Assembly (NCBI GenBank): GCA_002633005.1
Contig: NMRA01001203.1
Coordinates: 1-40,412, forward strand
DNA length: 40,412 bases
Direction: 5' to 3'
Source: Phoronis australis
Taxonomy: Eukaryota; Animalia; Phoronida
Shown here piece after piece: positions 12,168-24,772 of the stretch (positions are counted from its first letter, which is position 1; the number at the start of each line of letters is the position of its first letter). Position numbers and translations under genes: made by a program. Below the pieces are notes generated by a model. It was not told the DNA's origin, ran no database searches, and saw only the letters and a program-made list of their open reading frames with translations.

Positions 12168-13571
12168 GTATGTGCACGATAAGTAGTATCAGTAAAACCA
12201 CACCACTTTAGGACCAATTTGCCCAACGGTGAAATTTTGTTTTATCATTTTTCCATGTTCCAAGTTCTATACCATAGCTACCATCGGATGTCTTGAAAAA
12301 AGATGACCATTCACAGCAATGTTAAAAGCACTTGAAAAATAGAACAAGGGACAGTTTTGGCAATTATATTTTTTTGAAATTGGAGAGATATTCATCTGTT
12401 TCAACTGATTTGGTTTGTCTTTTGTCCTAATCATTACTGTCCTCAATATTGGTTTGAAGGCAAGGTGATTGAAGAAAGAGGAAGACGAAGAGAACACGTC
12501 TACCATCAATCATTGAAGTAAATCAAAAATAAGGCTTTCACATAGTGCCAGTAAGTGCACGCCCTTGAAATGTGTCACAAATAGCAAATACCAGAGGCAA
12601 TATGGTAAAGCTTTAGAGCTGTGTGATTCCAACCCTTTTGCACAATCAAATTTCCTGGCAAAGAACTGGAATTAAGCCATCATTTGCGTTTGGATCAGTA
12701 AAGCCTCCAGTCATGTAAAACACTTGACATTGTAACAGATGGTATTCAAAGCTTTATTGTCTGTGCAAACTTTTTGTTATTTTTTTGTTATGAAATAAAC
12801 CTGCAATTATTACAGCATCACAGTTCAAAATAAAAAACGGGCATACATATTTGCGTTCACACATCCCAAGGTATCTAGATATCGAAAAAAGCTGTAAACC
12901 GTGGTGGTATAGCCGCCATCTTCTACTGATGTCACCATAGTGACACTGAATGCAAACTTGCTGCATTGCAAAAAAAGTAAATTATTTCCGAGTTATTTCG
13001 AGAATGTTTTTGATACAGCACTCCTTTTGAGAATGTTTCTGATACAGTACTCGTTTTGATCGCAGGATTGCTATTACAGTTACAATGAAATGAATTCTTG
13101 GCACAAACTTTTCATCCACATCTGGTACTATGGTTGTGAGCTGTGACAACATGGTTTTCTTTAATAGCTGGTTGGCTTCTTATGAAACTTTCAGATATTA
13201 TGCTTTATCAACTATAATTCTTCAAAACGCTTTTAAGAATTGTTTTTAAAATGGTCCACTTTTGCATGAGTAGCTTTCAAAAATAATATGATGTTTTTGG
13301 AAAATTATATACGATGCATAACATGAAAAGAAATTGAATAATTATGTAGAAAACTGTAACTGATACAGCATTTTTGAAATATCACCTTGAATATTTACTC
13401 AAACAAAATTTGGTCATGTTGTTAGTACAATTGTTTTGCTTTGAATGTACCTTTTTTTTACAAAATTTCACAAAAAAAACATGGCCATGATTGGTTTGAA
13501 GTCAAAAATAAAATTCTACATTTTTTCTGCTTTCACAAAATATGTACTTCTACATAGTTGAAATCAATGCT

Positions 13572-14810
13572 TGTTATGCGCCCACATATTTATATGTGGA
13601 CGCATTTTGCCATCATCTCTGTCCAGCCGGCCGGTGTCCGCTGCTCTATCTCCATAACCTAGTGACGTATGTTCATGAAATTCTGCACATATGTTCTTTT
13701 CATGGATGGGACGGCATGAGCAATCTTTCGGACGGATCCGACTACCGATGTGCCTCCGTAGTGGCAATTTTAGTTTTTTAAGTTTACCACTGTGTCTTCA
13801 ATGGTCCTCAACATATTTTCACAAAATTTGGTATATAGGCATCTATTAGTGAGATGACGGTATCCTCCCGTTTTCGGAAGGATTTGACATAGTCTGCACC
13901 ACCTAGTGGCCATTTCTACTGTTTTTAGCATCCACCCCTCTATCAACCAAACCGCTCTAAGTATGATTGTGAAAATTGGCATGTATGTTCTTACTATGAA
14001 GAGGACGGTTGAGGATGATTTTCCAATGACTTCAAGTACTGTGTGCCTCCTAGTGGCGTTTTTTTTTTTGCGCCATATTTCCTAAACTGTTTTGCAGGAT
14101 CTTTACTAAATTTAGTAAGTGCATTTATATGAAGATGACCATGAACAAAGACAACTTTCGGGCAGATTTGACTACTGGTGTGCCACCTAGTGGCAACTTT
14201 ATTTTTTACGTTTAACTCTGTATCTTCAAAGGTTCTCAACATATTGTCATAAAATTTGGTGTACAGGCTTCTCTTATTGAGGTGACGCTATCTGTCCATT
14301 TTCAGATGGATTCAACCTAGTCTGCGCCACGTAGTGGCCATATTTACTGGTTTTGAGTCTGTTTTTTGGCGTCCACCTCACTATCAATCAAACCGCTTTC
14401 AGGATAATTTTGAAAATTGGCATGTATGTTTTTAGTTTGAAGTGGACAGCTGACGATGATTTTCCGTTTACTTCGACTACTGTGGCGCCTCGTAGTGGCA
14501 GTTTTGTTTTGTATTTATATGAAGCTGACAACAGCCTATGGCGACTTTCAGGCAAATCCTATGAACAGTGTGCCCCCTAGTGGCAATTTCATTCTGTTTT
14601 CCTTTGCTTCTCTGAAGTTCCGTGACGGATTTCTATGAAATTTAGTGTATAGTTTTCTATTAAAGAAGCAATGACATGTTCCGGTTTTAGGATGGATTGT
14701 ATGTTTTTACGCCATCTAGTGGTCATTTTATGACACAAATAAACAACCCTAAAAGCACACTGTTTGCGATGCATTCATGGGCGCATATCAACGCTCTGCG
14801 TTGTTCTTGT
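13572..14810 (+). mobile_element. Helentron-associated non-autonomous element (HINE/DINE-1-like), copy 1
   Basis: 5' subterminal ATGCGCCCA lies within the palindrome ATGCGCCCACATAT-TT-ATATGTGGACGCAT, followed by a GTCC-rich tract and internal ~145-bp tandem units. The 3' end has complementary TGGGCGCAT, hairpin CAACGC-TCT-GCGTTG and a TTCTTGT end. No TSD evident. Confidence 0.75.
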
Positions 14811-14914
14811 GTAGATATTTGGCTGAATATAATCTGTTACTTTGTTGGTAACGGTGTCTTATTTAACGTGTTCTTATTTCCCATGAATGGTCTGGGTACA
14901 CAATACTGTTTCAG

Positions 14915-15035
14915 GCATAACCCAGCGGTCCAGGCAGCCGTTGCTGCCGATTTGTTAGGTCATAGTACATACATGACACAGAACTCTGGAGGTGACCAAG
15001 ACAGTCATAAGGATGATGAGTTTGCACCTTCTGAG
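14915..15035 (+). CDS. EXOC2: EXOC2 exon (variable loop)
   Basis: tttcag acceptor, gtgagc donor, 121 nt, phase 2/0 fits both neighbours. Encodes HNPAVQAAVAADLLGHSTYMTQNSGGDQDSHKDDEFAPSE. Confidence 0.8.
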
Positions 15036-15606
15036 GTGAGCAAGGAAGTTGGGGAAAAATTTTGATTTTGTAGTTGTCAGTTTATGTAAATTTTGTAACA
15101 TGGGCTGGAGACCTGTGCCCTATCTTGCACTCAGAGGTGTGATAGGCTGTAAAATGTAAGTTGTTACATTTTACGTAACTGTTACATTTTACATGGAATG
15201 TGCATGCGAGAAGTGTACCATTGTTACATTTTACGTAAGCAACATCATATCACAAAGTAAATGACCAAAATCACAAACAAGTGGTATCTGACACAGCCAA
15301 GGGTACTCGGGTATTTTGGAACGAGGGGTGCCGCCCAAAAACTTGGATACCTACCCATTTAGAGAGTGGGCTCGGACAAAAAAGTGACCCATTTGGAAAG
15401 TAATTTTGTTTAAAAATTCACATTTTGCAGTTAGTTCCAGAAATTCTAAAAGGCACCATTTTAGATAGTATTTTGTCAAAATTGGCACTAGTTTGGAAAG
15501 TATTTTTTGCTGTGAAAAATAGCCTTTTTGGCAGCATTTTTCGCATACCTCTTCCATAGGAATACCCTCTGGGATGATTAGACATGAATTTGGCTAACCA
15601 TTATCA

Positions 15607-15668
15607 GTATTATTACTATTACTGTTACGACTATTATTATTGTTATTGTTCTTGTTTATTATTATTGA
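15607..15668. repeat. Degenerate (TAT)n microsatellite
   Basis: tattattactattactgttacgactattattattgttattgtt... Confidence 0.6.
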
Positions 15669-15851
15669 ATTTATTTCATATGGACACAGAGTAATTTGCA
15701 TTTACTTAATACACGCTTAGCAAAGTGCTAATACATCCTGATCCTCAAAAATTTTAAATCATCTCATTTAGGGTTCAATGCTTTCACCAGGCAGCCCATA
15801 GTGGACTGCGAGTGCTGTTTCAAAAAATAATTTTATTAGGGTTTTTAGGTT

Positions 15852-16091
15852 NNNNNNNNNNNNNNNNNNNNNNNNNNNNNNNNNNNNNNNNNNNNNNNNN
15901 NNNNNNNNNNNNNNNNNNNNNNNNNNNNNNNNNNNNNNNNNNNNNNNNNNNNNNNNNNNNNNNNNNNNNNNNNNNNNNNNNNNNNNNNNNNNNNNNNNNN
16001 NNNNNNNNNNNNNNNNNNNNNNNNNNNNNNNNNNNNNNNNNNNNNNNNNNNNNNNNNNNNNNNNNNNNNNNNNNNNNNNNNNNNNNNNNNN
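15852..16091. other. Assembly gap
   Basis: Run of N. Confidence 1.
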
Positions 16092-16435
16092 ATATGACGT
16101 AGCTTTCGTAAAATGTAGCAATGGTACATGCTTTTTAACTCAAGAAATTCATTTTTACACACAAATCCACTCTGTAATTTGCACCTTGACATAGGTAAGA
16201 TCAAAGACAACTTTTGTTCTGATTTGAATGTCATGTTATATGCACATAGTTATTAAGATTTAAAATCTTATTTGACACTTCATCAAAGTCCATGTTTTTG
16301 TGATTTGCTAAACATTTGGTAACATTTTGCTCCTGTTTATGCAACAAGTGGTCAATTTAGTAATACCTATAAACAATGTTTCAACGGTGGTCATTACAAC
16401 TAGAGTGCTCTTGACTAGATGCTTATGTTATGCAG

Positions 16436-16552
16436 GAGAAGCGAATTATTATTACCCTGAACAACTGCAACCATACGGTTCACACGGTACTACCACGGTT
16501 AGTAGACAGCCTGGCCAAACACAAGTACCCCGAGACCAACAAAATACTGACG
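16436..16552 (+). CDS. EXOC2: EXOC2 exon
   Basis: tgcag acceptor, gtaagt donor, 117 nt, phase 0/0. Encodes EKRIIITLNNCNHTVHTVLPRLVDSLAKHKYPETNKILT (cf. [38 protein letters not shown]). This is a different frame from the ORF-track call. Confidence 0.9.
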
Positions 16553-16934
16553 GTAAGTTTGCTGGAGGTGGTATATGTGATGTAGACTGTGCAATTCGTG
16601 GTGTTCTAATGAAAAGATTTTGTATGGAAGTTTAATGGTGAAAGCAACCATTTTTTATGTTACCTTTAATAAGAATCCACATCTCTGGTTTACCTTTGAG
16701 AGACATTGTTCTGTGTTTATTGCTGTTTCTTTAGTGAGTATGTACTATCCATGGAACATCAGAAAATGATGTCGACTGCGTGGCAAGTAGCCGGCATATT
16801 GTGTCTGTATTGTCATCTTACACTCTATTGAACACAGTCTGTATTGATCATTCGTTTTTACTCAGTGAGAGTGAATGCAGAACCAAGATGCTGACTCTTT
16901 GTTGGGGCGTTGACATCCTAACAGGGTTATGCAT

Positions 16935-18385
16935 TTTTGTGCGCCCCATCTCTGTCTGGGCATCCGGGTGTCCGGCATCCACAGCTGTATCTTCTAAATC
17001 CCTTGCAGGAAATTAATGAAATTTGGCAGGTGTGTTCCTATGGGGTTGACGACAGGGCGCGACTAGTTTCGGACTGACCCGAATACATCTGTGCCCCCTA
17101 GTGGCAATTTTTAAGTTTTTTACATTTGCCTCTCTATCTTCAAAGGTCTTCAACCAATTTTTATGAAATTTGGCACATAGGCATCTATCATTGACATGAT
17201 GCTATCCTCCCGTTTTCGGATGGATTCAAGGCATTTTGCACCACCTAGTGGCCATTTTTACTGTTTTCTATCTTTTTGGCGTCCGCCCCTCTATCAACCA
17301 AACCACTCAAAGGATGATTGTGAAAACTGACCTGTAAGATAATGAAGTGGACTGAAAATGACGATTTTCTGATGATTTCGACTACTGTGGCGCCTCTTAG
17401 TGGCATTTTTTTTTGCGCCCATGGCTATATCTCCTTAACACTATGCAGGATCTTAATGAAATTAGGGAGGTGTGTTCCTATGGGGTTGATGACAGCTTGG
17501 TGACTAGATTAATTCAATGCATTTTGCGCCATCTAGTGGCCATTTTTACTGTTTTCATGTTTGTTTTTGTACGTCCACTCCGCAAACTACTCTAAGAATG
17601 ATTTTTAAAATTGGCATGTAATAATGTTCTTACTATGAAGAAGATGGGTGACGATGATATTTCAACTACTGTGACACCTCATAGTGGCAGTTTCTTTTTT
17701 TTGTGCCTATGGCTGTGTCTTCTTAACACTATGCATGATCGTTACTAAATTTTGCAAGTGTGTTTTTATGAATATGACAATGACCGTTGACGACTTTCGG
17801 ACGGATCTGACTACCGGTGTTCCCCTTTGTGGGAATTTTAGTTTTTTTCGTTTATTTCATTAAATTTTGCTCCACATGATAGCCATTTTTGCTCTTTTCA
17901 AGTCTGTCCTCTATCAACCAAATCATTCTAAGGATGAATGTGAAATTTGGCTTTCATGTTCTTTGTGTGAAGAGGATGGTTGACGATGATTTTCGGTCAA
18001 CTTTGACCGCTGTGGCACTTCGTAGTGGCAGTTCTGTTTTTTGCACTTATTGCTGTATCTCCTAAACTTATTGCAGCGTTTTTATATGAAGTTGACAACG
18101 GATCATGATGACTTTCACCTAATCTGGCTTACGCTGTGTCCCCTAGTGGCAATTTTTTTCTGTTTTTCTTTACTTCTCTGAAGTTCTTTGACTGATTATC
18201 AATATTATGAAATTTGGGTAATAGCTTTCTACTACAGAAGCAATGGCATGTTCCCGTTTTGGGATGGATTTGATGTATTTTGCACCATCTAGTACCCATT
18301 TTTATTATACAAATACATACCCAGAAGCACACTGTTAGCGATGCATTTCGTGGGCGCATTTCAAACACTCCACGTTGCTCTTGTT
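16935..18385 (+). mobile_element. HINE/DINE-1-like element, copy 2 (same orientation as copy 1)
   Basis: Starts TTTTGTGCGCCCCATCTCTGTC, has the same internal repeat units, and ends AAGCACACTGTTAGCGATGCATTTCGTGGGCGCAT...CGTTGCTCTTGTT, matching 14752-14810. Confidence 0.75.
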
Positions 18386-18759
18386 ATTATAGGCAACATC
18401 AAAAATAGTTGATTTCCCTTTTAAGCAAGATTTACAGGTAATACGGTACAGTACTAAAGCTGATTTTTGTTCAGAGCAATTTATCATTGCTCACTAAATA
18501 GTAATGTTTACATGAATGATCTTTTTGGGTTATCACCCAGTTAATATTGTTGAATCAGACTGATGTAGTGCAACAAATGCTCTCAATAATTGGTCATTAA
18601 TTCAAAGCAAATTGCATAACTATTGTCTTTGAAATTAAGCACCATAACTCGAGCGTGTGTGCTTATCTGTGTTAGCTTATTTTTAGTAAGAACTGTTGTT
18701 TTTTTTTGATGCAGAGAAGAATTAAATACACAAAGATAGATTGTTGTGCTCTACAGCCA

Positions 18760-19880
18760 ATTGCAATCATCAGCTGGGCGCCGTGCTTCAAAATTTTGGT
18801 CCATTAAGCTCAGGATCTCTCCACACAGCCCATAACAGCTGAGCGATGTAGTTGCGTCGCAGTTGGCCATCAAGTGCTAATGCCATTTTAATAACTATCG
18901 GACAATGTATCTACGCATAATCCATGTGCTGCCCTCCACAGCTTTCTGTCCATACACTCTGTCCACCTTCTTGGAATGGTTCACACCAGCGACCTTCAGA
19001 AACCTCTGTAAAGATGAAGACGGATAATCCACCTCAAAAGGAATCATTTCACAGCTGTAGCCTTTCCCCTGGATTTCTGTTGCTAGTAACAGCTTACGTT
19101 CATGGGCTTAACAGAAACCCTCTTCCCATGCAACATTTAGTTCACCAATAACAAGATGTTTTCTCACTTCATCAAGCAACAACACATAGGGACGCAACCC
19201 AGACAGGAGCAATCCCTCTGGAAGTGTCTTGTCTATTCGAACCGTCCAAAGTCTATTGGGATTAGCTGCTCTCTTGACACTGTTCGCACTTGCAACCCTT
19301 GCCTGGTGAAATTTATTTTTTGACATTCTTTGGATTGAACTTCTGCACACTCAACTGCTTCACATGTAACATCTAGTACCAAATTGTGCCTGAACGTATA
19401 CCATCCGCACGGGAGCCCCTTACTGCAGCCATATAATATATGTCTCAAACTACCACTTCTATGGCAAAAACGGAAAGAAGAGTCTGTCCGCAAGCCCCAT
19501 CTCACCAAATTGGCAGGTGATGACAAGACATCGTATGCTGACCGTCTGGATGAGGAACTTCAGATGACCTGCACTCATACTCCACCAATCGTTCCAACTG
19601 ATGACCTGCTGGTCCATATCATCCAAATTCAGCCACCGTTCCTGTTTAGCCTGCTGCACAGCATGCACTAACCGACGCTCTTCCTCCATTTGCTGGACTT
19701 CGTGCTCACGTAGTTTCATTCTTTCTGACCCCCTTTCCTCAGACCAAAAATGTTCCCTCTGAGTCACTCCAATACCTCTTTACCATCTCTCACCACACCA
19801 ACAAGTTCCTTCTGATGAGTCATCTCATTTTTTCACTCACTTGCCACTTCCTACCAGTATTTAGCTTTGGTAGTGTCTCA
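18760..19880 (-). mobile_element. 5'-truncated, decayed non-LTR retrotransposon with restriction-like endonuclease (HERO/NeSL/R2 group)
   Basis: Frameshifted minus-strand peptides in expected order: TGRKW; QQAKQERWLN; KFLIQTV/YDVLSSPANLVRWG..FC...SLRHILYGC...YTFRHNLVL (CCHC knuckle, first Cys lost); LRPYVLL...ELNVAWEE...AHERK (PD-D/ExK region). Confidence 0.82.
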
Positions 19881-20932
19881 AAGTGAAAACTAAAGAAGCA
19901 TTTAAAAATACTGTATTATGGTCAAAGTATATAATGTATTTGCAAAAGTCATGTCATAAATGTACACACTAAGGTAAAAAGCCAGTTACGCTGTATGAAT
20001 TATGACTATTGTGAACTTACAGCTAGATAGCTTTGCGTTTAGCTCCATTAGGCACCCAAATTTCACACAACCTGATAGCTCAGTGCGTCACTGTGTTGTG
20101 ACTGTCAACATGTAGAGCTAACGATAGGTGGGGGTGCATGCAGAATCTGGGAATCAACCTACACTCACTTTGTCTGTTACTGCTGTTGAAGTGAAAAAAA
20201 TCTAGTAAACGTCACCTTTGCGTAATTCTCCGCCTTTTGTAACAAAGTAAAGTCTGTCGTTGTTTTAAAAACATTGCATTCATGGCACGCGCACGCCACT
20301 CCTACTAAAAAGTTTGCATCTGGTCTCTCAGGAGATGATGACAGATTTGTTGCAGCAAAATTTGTTCTGAATGCAGGTTCGCTGGTATTGAAATACTAAA
20401 AACTTATGAAGAAATGAAACCATTTCTGATTGTTATGACATGCAGGCAACCTCATGGAAGAGAAGAACAATCAAGGAAGTTGGTCAATAGGTGACGCAAT
20501 ATTTCATGGCGCCAACATCCGACGCAAAAGAATGCATCACAATTTTAGAAAAATAATTATGGTAGAATGCCAATTTTTCCAACATCAGTAAATAATTTAG
20601 GAACAGTTTAATTTTTAATGACGTCATTAATTTGGTGGCAACAGGCCCACAGAAGTAATTACGCGACAGAAGCCGGAGGGAGTGAAATTAAGTCGACGGA
20701 CTGATTTCACACAGACCGTTGAGCCGATGGACTGACGTCACCAAGGCCAGTATGAAACTGGCTACCCTCCCTCCGCGTTAGCAAAAAACAGCCCTCGAGA
20801 AATAAATAGAACACCTCGAACCTAAATAGAGGGCCGGTGCACTACTTGGGACCAAGGCGGTGCCGAAACAGGTGCAACGAAATCTAGTGAAGCAGGGGAG
20901 ACAGAGTTTGTGTGAACAATGCATTTTATATA

Positions 20933-21034
20933 CCGTTCTCGTCCTGGTTACCGCCCATGCTCGGCTTACCGCCCACCCGTTGTTTTTTAGATTCCCAATT
21001 TAAGCACCCTGGGTGGTAACCCAGACGAATACAG
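20933..21034. mobile_element. 102-bp MITE, deletion derivative of the 8895-10234 family
   Basis: TA-CCGTTCTCGTCCTGGTTACCGCCC ... GGGTGGTAACCCAGACGAATACAG-TA. The body matches 10150-10234 (TTTTTAGATTCCCAATTTAAGC). Confidence 0.85.
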
Positions 21035-21363
21035 TAATAGATGTTGACCACTTCAAGAGAAAGCTTAAAATTTAAGTTTTAGTTTCATAAAGCAGCCCAG
21101 TTGGTTTGTATCCAAGAGTTTGTCGAGTAGCATTGTCACATCAATACATAACAAATTTAAGCTCTTGTTGTTGGTGACAGACGTCTCTTTGGCTTGCATG
21201 TTATTAAAATTCAGCAACTGAGACATAGGCACTGGGACACAGTCTTCAATTTTTTTTTGCAATGAAATGTCTTTACAGTACTCATAAAGGTGACAATGTC
21301 CTGTGTTTCTTCACCATGTCTGTGACTGACCTATGTTGTATTTCCATTTTCACTGTACAACAG

Positions 21364-21505
21364 CATGTGAAAGGTGTGTACGAGGAGTTGAACGATACAT
21401 TGTTTGAGTCGTACACAGAGGCCAAGTCCAACCCAATAGTGGGTGCCATGGAACAGAATATGTATCAAGCCAAGTTTGATTGGCATACGCTGGACAGGAA
21501 CAGTG
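21364..21505 (+). CDS. EXOC2: EXOC2 exon
   Basis: caacag acceptor, gtaagt donor, 142 nt, phase 0/1. Encodes HVKGVYEELNDTLFESYTEAKSNPIVGAMEQNMYQAKFDWHTLDRNS (cf. [33 protein letters not shown]). Confidence 0.93.
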
Positions 21506-24500
21506 GTAAGTATGTGGATGGTTACATCTCTACAAAATCTTGTTATCAAAAAACCATGCAGAAGCTATAATTATGCTGTGAAAAAAATCGAGCAGTACAA
21601 GACAAAAGTAATTGGGCAAATTACTGTTTTCGCACCATTAAAACTAATTCTGTGAACAGCAAAAATTATTGGTAGTGGTTTGGCCACCTTACTAGTTTTC
21701 CTATTAATTCCCCTTCATTCTCGATCATGAGCGAAGACAACTGAATTTGGCTTCCGCCCAGCCATCATAACAGGAAAAAAGTGCACAAGTTTTTGGTGAA
21801 CATTATGTTGTCTTTTTTCTTCATGATAATCACAATTTAGTGCATTAGAAATATTCTTGAATAGTTTTTCTGATGAGTATGTTTAGGAATGGACTAGGCA
21901 GTAAGGAGTAAGCACTGTGGCATATTTTGAAATACTGAAATTTGTACCAATAGCTGATTTACAATCCCGCCAGATGGCGATCAGGTCTTTGGTAGACAAG
22001 CGATCAGTGCCGCCTACAGATCCCGTGTAATGTAGATGGGAAGTTTCAAGCTAGTGTTATAAACGGTGTTTTAAGATCTTTCCTGCTGTCATGATGCCAG
22101 CAATTTTTCATTGCAGTGCAGTGTTGTGTGCTAGTAGTTTACAGGACAAGACAAATCAATGAAATATCCATGGATGAAGGATATCATTTCTCACTCATTT
22201 CCCAGTGTGAAGAAGAATCTGCGACTACATACTAAGGGCTGTGACTGATGAAGAGCGAGAATTTCAATCCCAGCTGATGTAAAAAAGCAAATATAAATTA
22301 ATGAACTTAGCCTAATCAAATAATGGGAGGGGATTAAAGTGGGATTTATTGTTTCTCTCTGGTGAAATGATTCCATGAAAAGTAACAAGCCATGTAACCA
22401 CGATGTAACAAGTTTGGATTTTGCCGCTTTGAGTTGCGTTTACAAAGTGCTGCGTCAGGTTTAAACTTTGGCTGGCTTGGCATTTCAGCCCTCGTCACCA
22501 AACCAGAGTGTGATTTAACCAACATAATGCCCAATTCAGTATTCCTGAGGCAGTTAACACTATCTGTATAACTTTGTATTACACTACAAGAGTTTAAACT
22601 ATAGCTAATAAAATCTGACGAAATTCTTTACATAACAAAATTTCATGGAGTCAACTATGTTGCTTAGTCAAATGACTAATCTACTTTGTTATTCTAACCT
22701 TAAAATTTTGCACTTAAATCTGTAAGGAAACAATTTAATTTGCTTAATACATACACTTTTGATTTTGACTGACATCTAGTGGCAAAATAGAACTTAATAA
22801 TTAAATAGAACTTGATAATTACGCCTGGTTTGGCAATGGAACTATGTGAATGGTGAGATGCCTTGAACGTCAAAACAACAATTTCATATATAAAACATTT
22901 TTCAGCGGCCAAATTTTAACACCGTGCGAAAGTTCATACAGTACAGCACTTTTTCGACAAGTCTGTTTAGTTACGTAACCCAATATCAACAGAATTAGAA
23001 GGCTCAGGAAAAGCACATTCGAGTTGCATTTTTTGTACCTGTCGTTCAAAACGTTCGATTGTTCCAATATATTCTTTCCACAATTCGTTTTTAACGAACA
23101 CAGATACAGAACTTGCAACACATGCATGTTTGCTGATGGTATAACCACCAATTAACTATGTCGCGGTCGAACCACCGTTCAGTAGTGATCATAATGTGGT
23201 AGTCTGAAAAAGTTCACGATAAGTCTTGTGGAAAACATGGAATTTTGAAGCAAAAAACTTTCGATAAATTTTCAACAATTGGGTCATTTTTCGTCCAACT
23301 TCCTTTCGGATTTTTGCCATGACTTCCAACAAAAATCATTAACTCTTGGAATTAGCGTCATTTTTCATATGATTTTTATCGGGATTTTCGCTTTGCAGCA
23401 AAAATGTATTTGCTTGAACCCGTAGCTCTCATTTTGAAATGACAAGAAACGACAAAACTTCAGCTCACACATGTGCTCACGACACACTCGAGAACGGATT
23501 ACTTGGAATACTGTGGCACTGTGCAAATTAGACTGTTGCGGATTCATAAGTTCGTGAAATTTGTTACTTTGTCAGGAATTTTAACTCAGGTTTACTGATA
23601 TTCCATGCTAATTTCTCTGTATTGACTTTGAAATTATTTGTGTAAATTAAACTCTTAACGGATATGAAATTCAAAACAAAGGAAACGGCTTTACCGCATA
23701 GTAATACTAAAAGTTACTTCAAACTCGGCTGATCTGACCGAAGCGATCTCAACCAAAACTTCACCGATATTTACAGAGAGAGCAAGTACGGAGGTCAAAA
23801 TTTTATGAAGATTTCGAATCTTCTATTACCCGGTAGTTTAAATCCATCAGAAGAGCGAAAAAAGTGAAAACAGACGTGTTGTTTCGTTAGGCAACTCTTA
23901 TGTTAATGCCATCACCTAATGTGTAGTAGCGTGAAATCACGTTACCGACCAAATAAAGGCATGTGGTTTACTCAGGACTTTCGACCGACCCGGAAATGAG
24001 GGGAGGATTTTTGGGCCGGACTCTCACGACCAAAACACGTTATGTCAAAATTGGTGGTTCTTAGAAGAAACGTGGGATTGTCACAGTCCTGGATGTTGTA
24101 TTGCAGGAATAGTATTTAATGCAATTTTTGGCAATCTTGTCGATGTCTTGAAAAATATTGATATTAACAGGCCTTACCCACATACATCGAAAACGTATGT
24201 GGATTGGTTTCTTTTCTTTACCAGTGAAAAATTAAGCAACATGAGGTCGACTTGAACTGTACTGCAGGCTTAGTTACTCCATACACAACAAAACTGCAAA
24301 GTATGACCCGAATCTTTGACATTGGGATTACCAGCATTACAGATGGTTCCACTGGGCTCTCTGATAAATGCAGTCTCAAGTCTTGTCTATCCATTGCATC
24401 AAGAAAATCCTGAAGAGTAATTTTTCTGTTAGTTAACTCATCAGCGGCAAAACAATATACCCCATTCATTTATTCATCTCCATGGTAATAACTGAATAAA

Positions 24501-24772
24501 TATTGCAGTATAATATTGTTAGAATATGGTACCACATTCTTGTACTGTTAATAATGGTTACCAAAAACAATTTACCTGGAACTTGTAGATCTACAGGTTG
24601 GAAGATGGCATCAGTATTTGATAGATTGTCCATTTATCATTGATTGCCTGTACTGGTGCCAAAAACCTAAAGTGTTTAGAAACAAAAGCTTTGAACTAAA
24701 TTCTGTCATTCGCTGCCTGCTGTCTTGATAATAATTGTCAGAGTTCTTGCTCATTCTCCATTTGTTCACTAG

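Noticed and set aside
15150-16130. Inverted TGTACCATTG(T/C)TACATTTTACG segments around the first gap
   Set aside because: Probably repeat fragments, but the boundaries are hidden by the gap and no TSD can be defined.
13740-18300. Periodic CCTAGTGGC motif as a CRISPR array
   Set aside because: The intervening sequences are homologous to each other and ~130 bp long, the repeats are degenerate, no cas genes are present, and the context is eukaryotic.
22550-24270. CpG-richer stretches here, at 19970-20930 and at 34700-35600 that look transposon-derived
   Set aside because: I could not find paired termini, TSDs or coding motifs.
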